Shown here: piece by piece, positions 35,430 to 47,242 of the stretch
How positions within the stretch are numbered: the stretch's first letter is position 1
How the letters are laid out: each line of letters starts with the position of its first letter
DNA from: Macrostomum hystrix
Taxonomy: Eukaryota > Animalia > Platyhelminthes
Direction of reading: 5' to 3'
NCBI GenBank assembly: GCA_950097015.1
Contig: CATNEN010000038.1
Location: 6,262,001-6,326,000 of the forward strand
DNA: 64,000 nucleotides
Notes under the pieces: generated by a model
The model's input: the letters and a program-made list of their open reading frames with translations, nothing else
Databases searched by the model: none
Told to the model about the DNA's origin: nothing
Translations under genes and position numbers: made by a program

Positions 35430-37365
35430 TCCCAATGCTAGAGTAATCCCAATCCACAAGAATCCCAATCTACAAGAATCCCAATCCACAAGAATCCCAA
35501 TCTACAAGAATCCCAATCTACAAGAATCCCAATCCATAAGAATCCCAATCTACAAGAATCCCAATCCACAAGAATCCCAATCTACAAGAATCCCAATCCA
35601 CAAGAATCCCAATCCACAAGAATCCCAATCCACAAGAATCCCAATCTACAAGAATCCCAATCCATTAGAATTCCAATCCACAAGAATCCCAATTCACAAG
35701 AATCCCAATCCGCAAGAATCCCAATCTACAAGAATCCCAATCCATAAGAATCCCAATCTACAAGAATCCCAATCCACAAGAATCCCAATCTACAAGAATC
35801 CCAATCTACAAGAATCCCAATCTACAAGAATCCCAATCCATTAGAATTCCAATCCACAAGAATCCCAATCCACAAGAACCCCAATCTACAAGAATCCCAA
35901 TCTACAAGAATCCCAATCCGCAAGAATCCCAATCCACAAGAATCCCAATCCACAAGAATCCCAATTCACAAGAATCCCAATCTACAAGAATCCCAATCTA
36001 CAAGAATCCCAATCCATAAGAATCCCAATCTACAAGAATCCCAATCCACAAGAATCCCAATCTACAAGAATCCCAATCTACAAGAATCCCAATCTACAAG
36101 AATCCCAATCCATTAGAATTCCAATCCACAAGAATCCCAATCCACAAGAACCCCAATCTACAAGAATCCCAATCTACAAGAATCCCAATCCGCAAGAATC
36201 CCAATCCACAAGAATCCCAATCCACAAGAATCCCAATCTACAAGAATCCCAATCTACAAGAATCCCAATCCACAAGAATCCCAATTCACAAGAATCCCAA
36301 TCTACAAGAATCCCAATCTACAAGAATCCCAATCCACAAGAATCCCAATCCACAAGAATCCCAATCTACAAGAATCCCAATCTACAAGAATCCCAATTCA
36401 CAAGAATCCCAATCCACAAGAATCCCAATTCACAAGAATCCCAATCTACAAGAATCCCAATTCACAAGAATCCCAATCTACAAGAATCCCAATTCACAAG
36501 AATCCCAATTCACAAGAATTCCAATCTACAAGAATCCCAATTCACAAGAATCCCAATCCACAAGAATCCCAATCCACAAGAATCCCAATCCACAAGAATC
36601 CCAATCTACAAGAATCCCAATCTACAAGAATCCCAATCTACAAGAATCCCAATCTACAAGAATCCCAATCCACAAGAATCCCAATCTACAAGAATCCCAA
36701 TCTACAAGAATCCCATTCCACAAGAATCCCAATCCACAAGAATCCCAATCTACAAGAATCCCAATCTACAAGAATCCCAATCCACAAGAATCCCAATTCA
36801 CAAGAATCCCAATCTACAAGAATCCCAATCTACAAGAATCATAATTCACAAGAATCTCAATTCACAAGAATCCCAATCCACAAGAATCCCAATCCACAAG
36901 AATCCCAATCTACAAGAATCCCAATCTACAAGAATCATAATTCACAAGAATCTCAATTCACAAGAATCCCAATCTACAAGAATCCCAATCTACAAGAATC
37001 ATAATTCACAAGAATCTCAATTCACAAGAATCCCAATCCACAAGAATCCCAATCTACAAGAATCCCAATCTACAAGAATCATAATTCACAAGAATCTCAA
37101 TTCACAAGAATCCCAATCCACAAGAATCCCAATCTACAAGAATCCCAATCTACAAGAATCATAATTCACAAGAATCTCAATTCACAAGAATCCCAATCCA
37201 CAAGAATCCCAATCTACAAGAATCCCAATCTACAAGAATCATAATTCACAAGAATCTCAATTCACAAGAATCCCAATCCACAAGAATCCCAATCTACAAG
37301 AATCCCAATCTACAAGAATCATAATTCACAAGAATCTCAATTCACAAGAATCCCAATCCACAAGT
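35430..37365 (+). repeat. Minisatellite, 16-bp unit AATCCCAATC(C/T)ACAAG, with an 80-bp higher-order repeat at the right end
   Basis: About 120 copies. The variant block AATCATAATTCACAAGAATCTCAATTCAC recurs mostly at 80-bp spacing from ~36835. Confidence 0.97.
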
Positions 37366-37950
37366 AACCCAGAATCCAAATCCCAGATACTAAATACTAA
37401 ATTGAACTGCTACATAGATTAACAGCTGTGGAGTTCTAGCTGGTCAAATTGCTGGTTTCAATTTCCGCGCGGGAACGGTTGTGTCCTTTCGATCGCCGAG
37501 ACTTTTTATCCTCGCAGAACAGGACGTCATGAAATTCTCGGTGGGTCAGGATGGTAGGGTACTCAAACGGACCCTGAGCTGCGGCCTTAAGTACTTGTGG
37601 ATGGCCCAGCTGTCCCTCAGTGCAGGCCTCTGCTGTTTATTGCTGCTGCTTCGCAGAGTTGGCCAGTTCGGGCAGTTTCTGGGGCATGACTTGCCGCCGC
37701 ATTTTGTCCAGCTCTGGTCGATTAACGAGACAAGTCATGCAAACAGGACCTAGCTGGCCAATGCAATGCGGAAGGACTGTGGGTTCGAGGTCATTAGTCT
37801 AGCGGCGGCTATTCTACACCAGGCAGTCTGCAATTCTAAAATTATTATCTTTAGTTTAAGGCGAGTCAAGATAATTGGCGCGAGAGATAAGATTTGTACC
37901 TCGATGACTCCTGAGCACATGCTCACACAGGTGTGAGTACATTCACCCCC

Positions 37951-38400
37951 GGAGAGGTAGATGCAGGGGTGAGAGAGGAGAGGTAGATGCAGGGGTGAGA
38001 GAGGAGAGGTAGATGCAGGGGTGAGAGAGGAGAGGTAGATGCAGGGGTGAGAGAGGTGAGGTAGATGCAGGGATGAGAGAGGTGAGGTAGATGCAGGGAT
38101 GAGAGAGGAGTTGTAGATGCAGGGGTGAGAGGGTAGTTGTAGATGCAGGGGTGAGAGGGGAGTTGTAGATTCAGGGATGAGAGGTAAGGTAGATGCAGGG
38201 ATGAGAGAGGTGAGGTAGATGCAGGGATGAGAGAGGAGTTGTAGATGCAGGGGTGAGAGGGGAGTTGTAGATGCAGGGGTGAGAGGGATTTGTAGATGCA
38301 GGGATGAGAGGGGATTTGTAGATGCAGGGATGAGAGGGGAGTTGTAGATGCAGGGATGAGAGAGGAGTTGTAGATGCAGGGGTGAGAGAGGAGAGGAGAT
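37951..38400 (+). repeat. Minisatellite, ~26-bp purine-rich unit GTAGATGCAGGGGTGAGAGAGGAGAG
   Basis: About 17 copies, directly visible. Confidence 0.95.
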
Positions 38401-39119
38401 TTAGTGTGGGGGTGAAATGTGAGTAGCCGCAGAAAGCTAGTAGTTTATATCGGGTGGTGCACAGAAAATGTTTGGACGGTTGTAATAGAAAACAATCAGC
38501 AAAGACTTAGCTGGGTCGATAAGTGATTCCTAAGAGAAGTGATGCGAAGCATAACCAACCGAAGGTCGAGATCTGCAAGTAGAGATTCAATAGGCAGACA
38601 AAACCAAGTGAACCGCATCTTAATCGGATTTTCTGCGGAGGCTGGCAAATTCGATTTCTTTGCTGGTTGCTGGGCGGGGTCTGTTGCTAAGGTCAGTCGC
38701 AGCGGTACGCACTTATCGGAAGGGCGAATGCTGAGTGCTGTGCTCAACTGCATTTCCCTGACATTGTCATTTTCCAGACATAGATTCGAAAACTAATTTT
38801 AGCGCAGACAACTTTCAAAACTGTTGCTCCGTTTTTATTAAGTTTAGAAGTTGAGCCATTTCATTGTGTTAAAATCGGACTATTGTTATTAACGCTTCTG
38901 TGTCCGAGCGTTTTCAAGTTTTTTCTTGCAAAACGACAATTTAGATTTTGAGACTCCGAGTCCATCAGCTACAGGCAGCCAGTCAGCCTCTGTTCTGGTC
39001 CGCCATTGTGGGGCTTTGCTGGCATTTGTCTCCTCAGTTTCATTCAGAGCACATCCTTCTCGTCCCCTCACCAATGACCGTCCCAGCCAATGAGACTCTG
39101 GCCCAGACTCGCAGCATAA

Positions 39120-42100
39120 ATGCGCCAGCAGCCGATCAGCTGGAGCCCGCGCGAGTTGGCAGCCATGCCGCAGCAGCAGTCGCAGGTCGCGGAGCTCCGG
39201 CTCCAGTTTGTTCGCTTTTGCGAGAACACCACCATCAGGGGCATCCCGCGCATCATCAAGTCTGAATCGCCGCGGCTGCGTCTGCTCTGGGCCTTCTTCG
39301 TGCTGATGTTGTTCGCCAGCTGCCTGGTCTGCCTCAGCTTCCTGATTGGCCAGTTCCTCGAGTATGACGTCATGCACCCGCCGCGAGTGCTGAAGGACGC
39401 CAGCTCGCCGTTTCCCTCCGTGACCATCTGCAACATGCGGCCGCTGTCGAGTGGCGGCAAAGCCCAGATCCGGGAGCGCGGCTGGAAGAATCCGCGCCAG
39501 TTCTCCATGGCGCTGGAGGCCGCAGCCAGGCTGCAGTATTTCTCCAAGCCGGAGTCGAGGCACAGGTATCACTACTTCACCGGCTCCTTCGGCCTGCCAG
39601 CCTTCTTGGAGAGCCTGCCTAGCGGCCAGGACGCCAGGCTGGGGCATCAGCTGCTCGACTTCATAATCGACTGCAAGGCGGTGCTGCGCAACGGGAGCGC
39701 CAGGAACCAGTACTACTGCTCCAAGGAGTTCGCGCCGACTTCGGACGACCTCTGGGCTGGCCGCTTCCACGCCTTCGTCCACGGCAGCTTTCTGAACTGC
39801 TTCACGCTGGACATCGAGGAGGAGCTGCGGCAGAACACGGCCTTGGTGGAGATGGCAGTGTATCTGGATAACGAGTGGAGCCCCGAGCACTTCTATTGTA
39901 CCGACTGCTATCTGCAGGTCAGCACGATCGCTGTTGACATTGCTAACACTATCACCGAGACAGAGCTACTCGTCATGTTCAGTTCTAGTGTCGCGAAAGC
40001 TGGAGCGCGTCATTGTCTAGAAACGGGTGTCTTTTGGAAACGTCAGATAAATCAGTTGCTTAGTTTCTGAAAGCCGGGATTTCACGTTGACTGGGCGACT
40101 AATCGGAGTCCTTCCAAGAGATTTATCCTTTGATTTTCTTGAGATTATCATGATTATCAACGGATTCTTTGGCTGCATCGCAACAGTGCAAGGGTTGGGG
40201 TTTCGCAAACAAAAAGCTCGCTTTCAGAACAATCAATCAGAACTATTTGCGGCCAGCTCGTGTTGCCTCAGGAAGCAGCGGAGGAACAGAGCATTTTTTC
40301 TTCTGATTGGGGATTCAGATTGCATTTTAAAGGCCGCTTTGTTTGCTTTGGCAAAAAGCTGCAGCAGCTGGGAAGATTGTACACAATCAGAGCCTCAGAT
40401 TCTGTCAGCGGGTTTTTTGTACCAAGAAAACTAGAGGTGGTTTCAGCAACACCTGTCTAAACAGACAGACGGCCATCATTTGTTAGCTTTTGATTTTTCT
40501 CAGCGCCCAGAAACTTTTTAGAGAGAAAACCTCAAGTAATGAGCTGGCTTTGGATAATCCTCAGTTTCATTGTGGATTATCCTCAGTTTCACTGTGGATT
40601 ATCTTCAGTTTCATTGTGGATTTATCTTCAGTTTCATTGTGGATTATCCTCAGTTTCATTGTGGATTATCTTCAGTTTCATTGTGGATTATCCTCAGTTT
40701 CATTGTGGATTATCTTCAGTTTCATTGTGGATTATCCTCAGTTTCATTGTGGATTTATCTTCAGTTTCATTGTGTATTATCCTCAGTTTCATTGTGGATT
40801 ATCCTCAGTTTCATTGTGGATTATCTTCAGTTTCATTGTGGATTATCCTCAGTTTCATTGTGAATTTATCTTCAGTTTCATTGTGGATTATCCTCAGTTT
40901 CATTGTGGATTATCTTCAGTTTCATTGTGGATTATCCTCAGTTTCATTGCGGATTATCTTGACGCCGCGCAGGACATCAACACGCAGCTCTCTGGCGCGG
41001 TGCTGACCATCCACGCGGGCGACACACATCCGGATGTGAACAACAACGCGGTGCACCTGAAATCCGGCTCCCTGACCGAGGTGAAGCTCAAGCACGTGCT
41101 GAACGTCCAGAAAAAGCCACCCTACGGGCGCTGCTCGCCGGACACCGCTAAGATCCTCAGCCTTCAGGGCCGCGACTACACCTACAGCGAGGACGCCTGC
41201 CGACAGATGACCATCCAGATGGACATCCGGTCTACTTGCGGCTGTCAGGTCCTGCTGAGCACCTGTGATCTAATAAGGATGCGATGGGATTTCTGTCAAA
41301 AAGATTAGCAGCTCAATATTTCAGACTTTAATTAGATTCCAATCTGATTCTAATCTGATTTTAATCCGGTTCTTATCCAACTTTATTCCCGTTCTAATCT
41401 GATTATAATCCGGTTCTAATCTGACACTAATCCGGTTCTAATCTGAATTTATTCCGGTTCTAATCTGAATTTATTCCGGTTCTAATCTGATTTTAATCCT
41501 GTTCTAATCTGATTCTAATCCGGTTCTAATCTGATTCTAATCTGATTCTAATCCGGTTCTAATCTGATTTTATTCCGGTTCTAATCTGATTTTAATGCGT
41601 TTCTTATCGAACTCTACTCCCGTTTTAATCTGATTTTAATCCGGTTCTAATCTGATTCTAATCTGGTTATAATCTGATTCTAATCCGGTTCTAATCTGAT
41701 TCTAATCCGGTTCTAATTTGATTTTAATCCGGTTCTAATCAGATTTTAACCCGGTTCTAATCTGATTTTAATCCGTTTTTAATCTGATTTTAATCCGGTT
41801 CTAATCAGATTTTATTCCGTTTTTAATCAGATTTTAATCCGGTTCTAATCTGATTCTAATCTGATTCTAATCTGATTCTAATCTGATTCTAATCTGATTC
41901 TAATCTGATTCTAATCTGATTCTAATCTGATTCTAATCACATTCTAATCCGATCCTATAATCCAATTCTAATCCGGTTCTAATCCGACTCCAATCTAATT
42001 CTAATCCGATCCTACTGAGTCCACAAACTGAAAGACTGTACACAGCCTTCGGAAGCGCCATGCAATAGTAGCGGCTGTGGCACTGGCAGTGCGACTGGCC

Positions 42101-42935
42101 CACCAGTGCTATTTGACTTAAATCCAATTGAAATCGTACAGAATGACAGCCACAAACTATAAATAACAAAAAGCAGCCCAACAGAATCGCAGTTTTAACA
42201 CGACTCCATGCGCAGGCTATCGAGTACCCGCTTGTGCCAGAGGCTGCGGGAGGCAACATAACCTACTGCGCCGGCCTGCAAGAATTCCTGCCCCGAGAAG
42301 CCTGCGCAGCCGACGGAGACAAAGCCGTCAGGAAGTCTTGTGAGGCAGCCCTGGACAGGGCATACGGATACATTCGCTGCAAGCAGGCGGTGATCTCCAA
42401 GTACTACAAGGACGTTGTGCCGAGCTGCAGCATGCCGTGCGCCTTCTACAGCTACCAGACTGAGAGGTCGACCTCTGACTGGCCAACGAAGGCCTGGCAG
42501 CTCCACCTGCTTCAGAGCCGAGTCTACAGGCGGCTGCAGAGCAGGCCGGAGATGCGAATCTACTCGCAGGCCATCGAGCTGGAGCGCGCGGGCCGACTGG
42601 ACGAAGCGTTCCAGCTGGTGCAGAACGTCAGCATTCTGGAGCGCAATCTGCTATCGATCCAACTGATCCGACCGAACTTCGATCTACACCGGGTGGAAGA
42701 GAAAGAGGTTTTGTCGCTAACCTCCTTTCTCAGCCAGGTCGGCGGTCTGTTGTCAATTTTCGTCGGCCTGACAATGATCTTCATAGTGGAACTGATCGAC
42801 TTTCTGGTGCATTGCTGCGCTGTCTATTCTAGGAAAGGCGACGCAACGAACGCCTCAGCTCCAATCACCGCGACCGAATCGACTACGGCAGCTCAGGAAA
42901 GTCTGGACCTGATGACCGTAGAAGAACAAAAATGA
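39120..42935 (+). CDS. DEG/ENaC (amiloride-sensitive sodium channel family) subunit, ~597 aa
   Basis: Exons 39120-39917, 40973-41248, 42216-42935 (1794 nt, phase-0 introns). FCENTTIRGIPRI, TM1, FPSVTICN, NCFT, Cys-rich thumb (PYGRC...YSEDAC...CGC...CSMPC), TM2 SFLSQVGGLLSIFVGLTMIFIVELIDF. The start could instead be the ATG at 39165. Confidence 0.92.
40550..40960 (+). repeat. Intronic minisatellite, 22-bp unit TCAGTTTCATTGTGGATTATCC
   Basis: About 18 copies ending ~12 nt before the acceptor at 40972. Confidence 0.96.
41330..42015 (+). repeat. Intronic minisatellite, 11-bp unit TTCTAATCTGA / TTCTAATCCGG
   Basis: Alternating monomers form a 22-bp dimer, with a pure tract at 41850-41935. Lies in DEG/ENaC intron 2. 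Confidence 0.93.
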
Positions 42936-43134
42936 CGGAACAGTTCACGAGTTCTCGCTTGATTTTTGATGACGTCATGTGTGCTACTTTTTTCAAGTCA
43001 TTTTCTGAAATAAGTATTCAGCGTAAGCTCGAATATTAATTCGTTTTCGCAAAGTGAATATCAACCTAACACATTTGCGTATGTAGCTTGCTTAGTAGTT
43101 GAATCTTAAACTCGGGCCCCTTAAAACTGTAAAA

Positions 43135-43712
43135 CTCGCTCTGGAGTACCATGAGAGACTCGCTCTGGAGTACCATGAGAGAGTCGCTCTGGAGTACCAT
43201 GAGAGACTCGCTCTGGAGTACCATGAGAGAGTCACTCTGGAGCACCATGAGAGACTCGCTCTGGAGTACCATGAGCGAGTCGCTCTGGAGTACCATAAAA
43301 GAGTCGCTCTGGAGTACCATAAGAGAGTCGCTCTGGAGTACCATAAGAGAGTCGCTCTGGAGTACCATAAGAGAGTCGCTCTGGAGTACCATAAGAGAGT
43401 CGCTCTGGAGTACCATAAGAGAGTCGCTCTGGAGTACCATAAGAGAGTCGCTCTGGAGTACCATAAGAGAGTCGCTCTGGAGTACCATAAGAGAGTCGCT
43501 CTGGAGTACCATAAAAGAGTCGCTCTGGATTACCATAAGAGAGTCGCTCTGGAGTACCATAAGAGAGTCGCTCTGGAGTACCATAAAAGAGTCGCTCTGG
43601 AGTACCATAAGAGAGTCGCTCTGGAGTACCATAAGAGAGTCGCTCTGGAGTACCATAAGAGAGTCGCTCTGGAGTACCATAAAAGAGTCACTCTGGAGTA
43701 TCATAAGAGAGT
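43135..43712 (+). repeat. Minisatellite, 24-bp unit CTCTGGAGTACCATAAGAGAGTCG
   Basis: About 24 copies; explains ORFs 43066-43794. Related to the array at 49606-49990. Confidence 0.96.
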
Positions 43713-44224
43713 TTCTATGGGGCTAAGCAAGCTTCTGACAGCATCTAAAAGCAAACACGTATTTTGTGAAGCAAAATTTTTGAGGCTTTTTTAACGCTTT
43801 AGAACCACGTAATTTTACAGAAGTTTTATCTAGTCTTACTTTAATGAATGCTTCTTCTATTTAATATCTATCTTTGAAGAGTTTTTACCAAAGAGATTCC
43901 AAAAATCGAGTCAGAATTAATTTCTATGCATATTGCTTGAAACGAACTTAATGAATTTCAAAACCGAAAACAAGCAAATTCTCCTTTTGCCAAGCGTGGC
44001 ACATGGATATTGTGGAACAGATTCAATTGAATCTAGCTCCGGGTCACGGAAGGTCGAATGCGTAGTACTTTGGAATGATTTTAGTACCCTGAGCAGAGTT
44101 CAAGAGCAAGTCTTGCAGACTTTTTCAAGATTTCCAATTCTAAATATAAGTACTTCAAAATTTTACGACAATAAATCGGTGATTACTATGAATTAAACTG
44201 TATATGCGTCACTCATACATGCGT

Positions 44225-44520
44225 AAGGCAGCGAGTATCTGCATACACCGGCTTGCCTGCTCTCAGTAGGTGTCTCGTGGTACACTCCCACAGCACTTCC
44301 ATCCGTGTAAATATCTGCCTGGCGCCCTTCCTTAAGTCAACTGGTTGAGCACTGGCTGGGAGCGCCTGAGAAGTCTGCGGACTTGTTCAGCACTATTGGC
44401 TGGTTAATGAGAGCCTTCAGCAAGCTGTTCAAGAGTCAGTGAAGCAAGTAGGAATTTTCCCTGAGAGTACTTATCCATGACCTGTGCCGGATCACCTGAG
44501 CATTGCAGAACCTTGCAAAG
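44225..44520 (-). mobile_element. Decayed non-LTR retrotransposon RNase H fragment
   Basis: Minus strand translates ...GRQADIYTDGSAVGV (~44285-44328), the IYTDGS start of RNase H, in a frame with upstream stops. Confidence 0.4.
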
Positions 44521-45507
44521 GAGGTTGAATTTTCAAAGCTTTGCTTAGAGTCGCCAGAATTCATACACTTACAGAAGGCTGCATGCTGTTTTAATTTCCT
44601 TATTAATTCCGCTAATTAAAGGCGGTTAAGACGGAGCACTTTGAAGTCCTAAGATCGATTTGAAATTGGAAAAATGACTAATTTCGGAATTTATCGAGGT
44701 TCTATCAAATGTGGGAAATAATCTAATTGCCTTACCTAATAAAAAGCAGAATGTCAGTCAAAAGTCTTCAGGAGTCTAAAATGAAGCCTGTTTTTGCGTT
44801 CCGCCGGGAGTTTGGCATTGGACCATGGACTAAAAATATTTTTGGTGCTGTAAAAATTTGCAATAAATTAGAGTTTCAGTTTTTCTCATTCCGACTAAAC
44901 AGCGGCACTTGGATTTTTATCGCAAATACAAATATATAAAATCCGATTGCTTATTTTAGAGACGTTTAATGGGCGCCTTCAGATGCGAGGAACCGGTAGT
45001 CTGTGCTACAGACTACTTTAATTCCGAGACCATTACATCATATAATAGGCCTCAAACGGATATAATGGCCACACTCGCTTCGCTCGCCTCGAGACCATTA
45101 AATGCAGCCTCGGACATTCTTAACCACAGAATGCTTATTAAATGGCCATTATCACATACAAGTTTGTACATATTTAGCTGAAAACTCTTTTCTCTATGGT
45201 CCAAAGCCAAACTCCGAGTGGAATAGAAAATCTGATTCACTTTAGATCTGTAGAAACGATCTGTTGAAACGGCAGACACACGGCCGTCTATGGTCAAAAA
45301 AGTAAACAAATGCAAAAAAATTATTGAGTGAGATTTGTTCCATAGACATTCTCGGCGTGCACTTAACACAGCTAGACGTCGAATTTCCGAGAAATTGTGA
45401 TTCCCTGCGAAACCACGGTGGTTTTGTAATAAATTTTGTCATTTTTTAACAGATAATCTATAGACCATTCAAATTTCCCGACGTAAGTGAATTTGATTAG
45501 ACTTATT

Positions 45508-46485
45508 AGATGAAGGGTGAAGATGAAGGGTGAAGATGAAGGGTGAAGATGAAGGGTGAAGATGAAGGGTGAAGATGAAGAGTGAAGATGATGGGTGAAG
45601 ATGAAGAATGAAGATGAAGGGTGAAGATGAAGGGTGAAGATGAAGGTAAGTTGCAAAGCTGGAACTGTTTTGTTGCAACTAGTCGCCTATGGCCGGAGAG
45701 GCGATCTCTGTCACGCGTAAGCGGGCGTGGCGGCTGGGAGCGCTTAATAGAACCGCGAATCCGGCGTCTCAGGCTCCGAGTCCTACTCAGCCTGGAGCCG
45801 GTAACTACCAGACTAGGGTAGGCTAATGAGGTGGCCGGGACTCGTTTGCAGATTTGAGGATAAATAAATCGGTGATTGACTGAGGCAAGGAATTCAGTCA
45901 CGTAAAAAATGGCTGGAGATTCAAGTCTTAAAGTCATAGAGTATATGAGTCTATAATTAAGCCAAGTGGTGTCCTACTTGCCCCCGCCTAGTAAGCTACC
46001 TTGTGGAGTATCCAAGGCGGGTCAAACTCAAGGTTGTCCTTGAAGTCCCTGTCCGCCTTACCAGGAACCATTACACGGCCGTTAAACCGTAACAGGTGGC
46101 TGTAGGTGACTGGGTTTGAGACTGCGCAGAGCAAGCAATCGGGAGTCTGTCCGTAGAGGCAGAACCTTATCCGGTCTGTCTCCCTCCATTTGCGGCAGAC
46201 ACAAGGGACGTCCGGCCCGTCCTTCCGGCGTGCATCCGGCTCTTCGGGGCCGGGCCGCCGCGCCTCAGCGGAACCCTCCGCGGAACTGAAGGGGGAAGAT
46301 GAAGGGAGAAGATGAAGGAAGATGAAGGTAGAAGATGAAGGGAGAAGATGAAGGGAGAAGATGAAGGGCGAAGATAAAGGGAGAATAGAGTGGATGAAGG
46401 GAGAATAGAGTGGATGAACGGAGGAGAGAAGATAAAGAGAGAATAGAGTGGATGAACGGAGGAGAGAAGATGAAGGGAGAATATA
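45508..46485 (+). repeat. 13-bp GAAGATGAAGGG(T/A) minisatellite split by a ~640-bp insertion
   Basis: Arrays at 45508-45646 and 46288-46485 flank unrelated GC-rich sequence. Confidence 0.85.
45647..46287 (-). mobile_element. Insertion resembling a LINE 5' UTR plus ORF start
   Basis: On the minus strand: a GC-rich, hairpin-rich 5' part, then an Arg-rich leader ending SSSFATY at the junction. That ending resembles the (I/F)ATYN start of AP endonuclease domains. Confidence 0.4.
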
Positions 46486-47242
46486 AATGCATAGGGATTT
46501 TCATGAAATGAATGGTGTCAAGTCCCGATGCACACCAAGGTAATAGGCAGACAGTGGAGCAGACCGAGTGTTTACTGAGCCACTTATTTCATCCCTAAGA
46601 TCTCAGTGATAACTATGGGTGTAGGGAGAACTGGGCAAGGTGACTGTGTGATTGCACATCCTGGCACTCGCGCTGTATTAATTATTAATAAAAGGCGCAC
46701 GCCGTCTATGGGTGCTGATTTTTTTCTTTTATTACTTTTCTGACAATAGCTTACTCGACAAAAAACATTTAAAAAAAGCGAAGTTTTGTAAGAATCAACT
46801 AATGAGCCTGGAAGTGAGAAGCAAACCTGGTAAGAATAAGAGCAACAAAAGCACAAGGGACACCAGGAATAAAAAAATAAATGTATATCGTTAAATGTTA
46901 ATAGCTTTAGGGCAGCTGTTTCCTTATTTCAGAGATTTCTATGATGTACTTTGCTAAAGCTAAAGCAAAGCAAAGTTGTATATACTGTTGGTTCCTCCAA
47001 TTAGAAAAAGCACAGCCAGGCAGCGGAACTTAGGAAATCGGTACACGAACCGATTGGATCATCTATTATGATCCTATCTGCGTGGCCCAGCGCCATCTCG
47101 CAAAGCAGAGCCAAAATTGGTTTATTGTGGAGGAAGAAACTTTTACTGCCATGCTGAGTAACACCGGAGATGGTAAAATGATCGCCTAGAAACAGGGACT
47201 TCTGCGTCTGCTCTCTGCTATCTCTGACATTTGTCCCCTACT

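Noticed and set aside
38889-39890. 333-aa antisense ORF over DEG/ENaC exon 1 (similarly 16903-17709 and 33996-34637)
   Set aside because: These are shadow ORFs of GC-rich coding exons, with no recognisable motifs.
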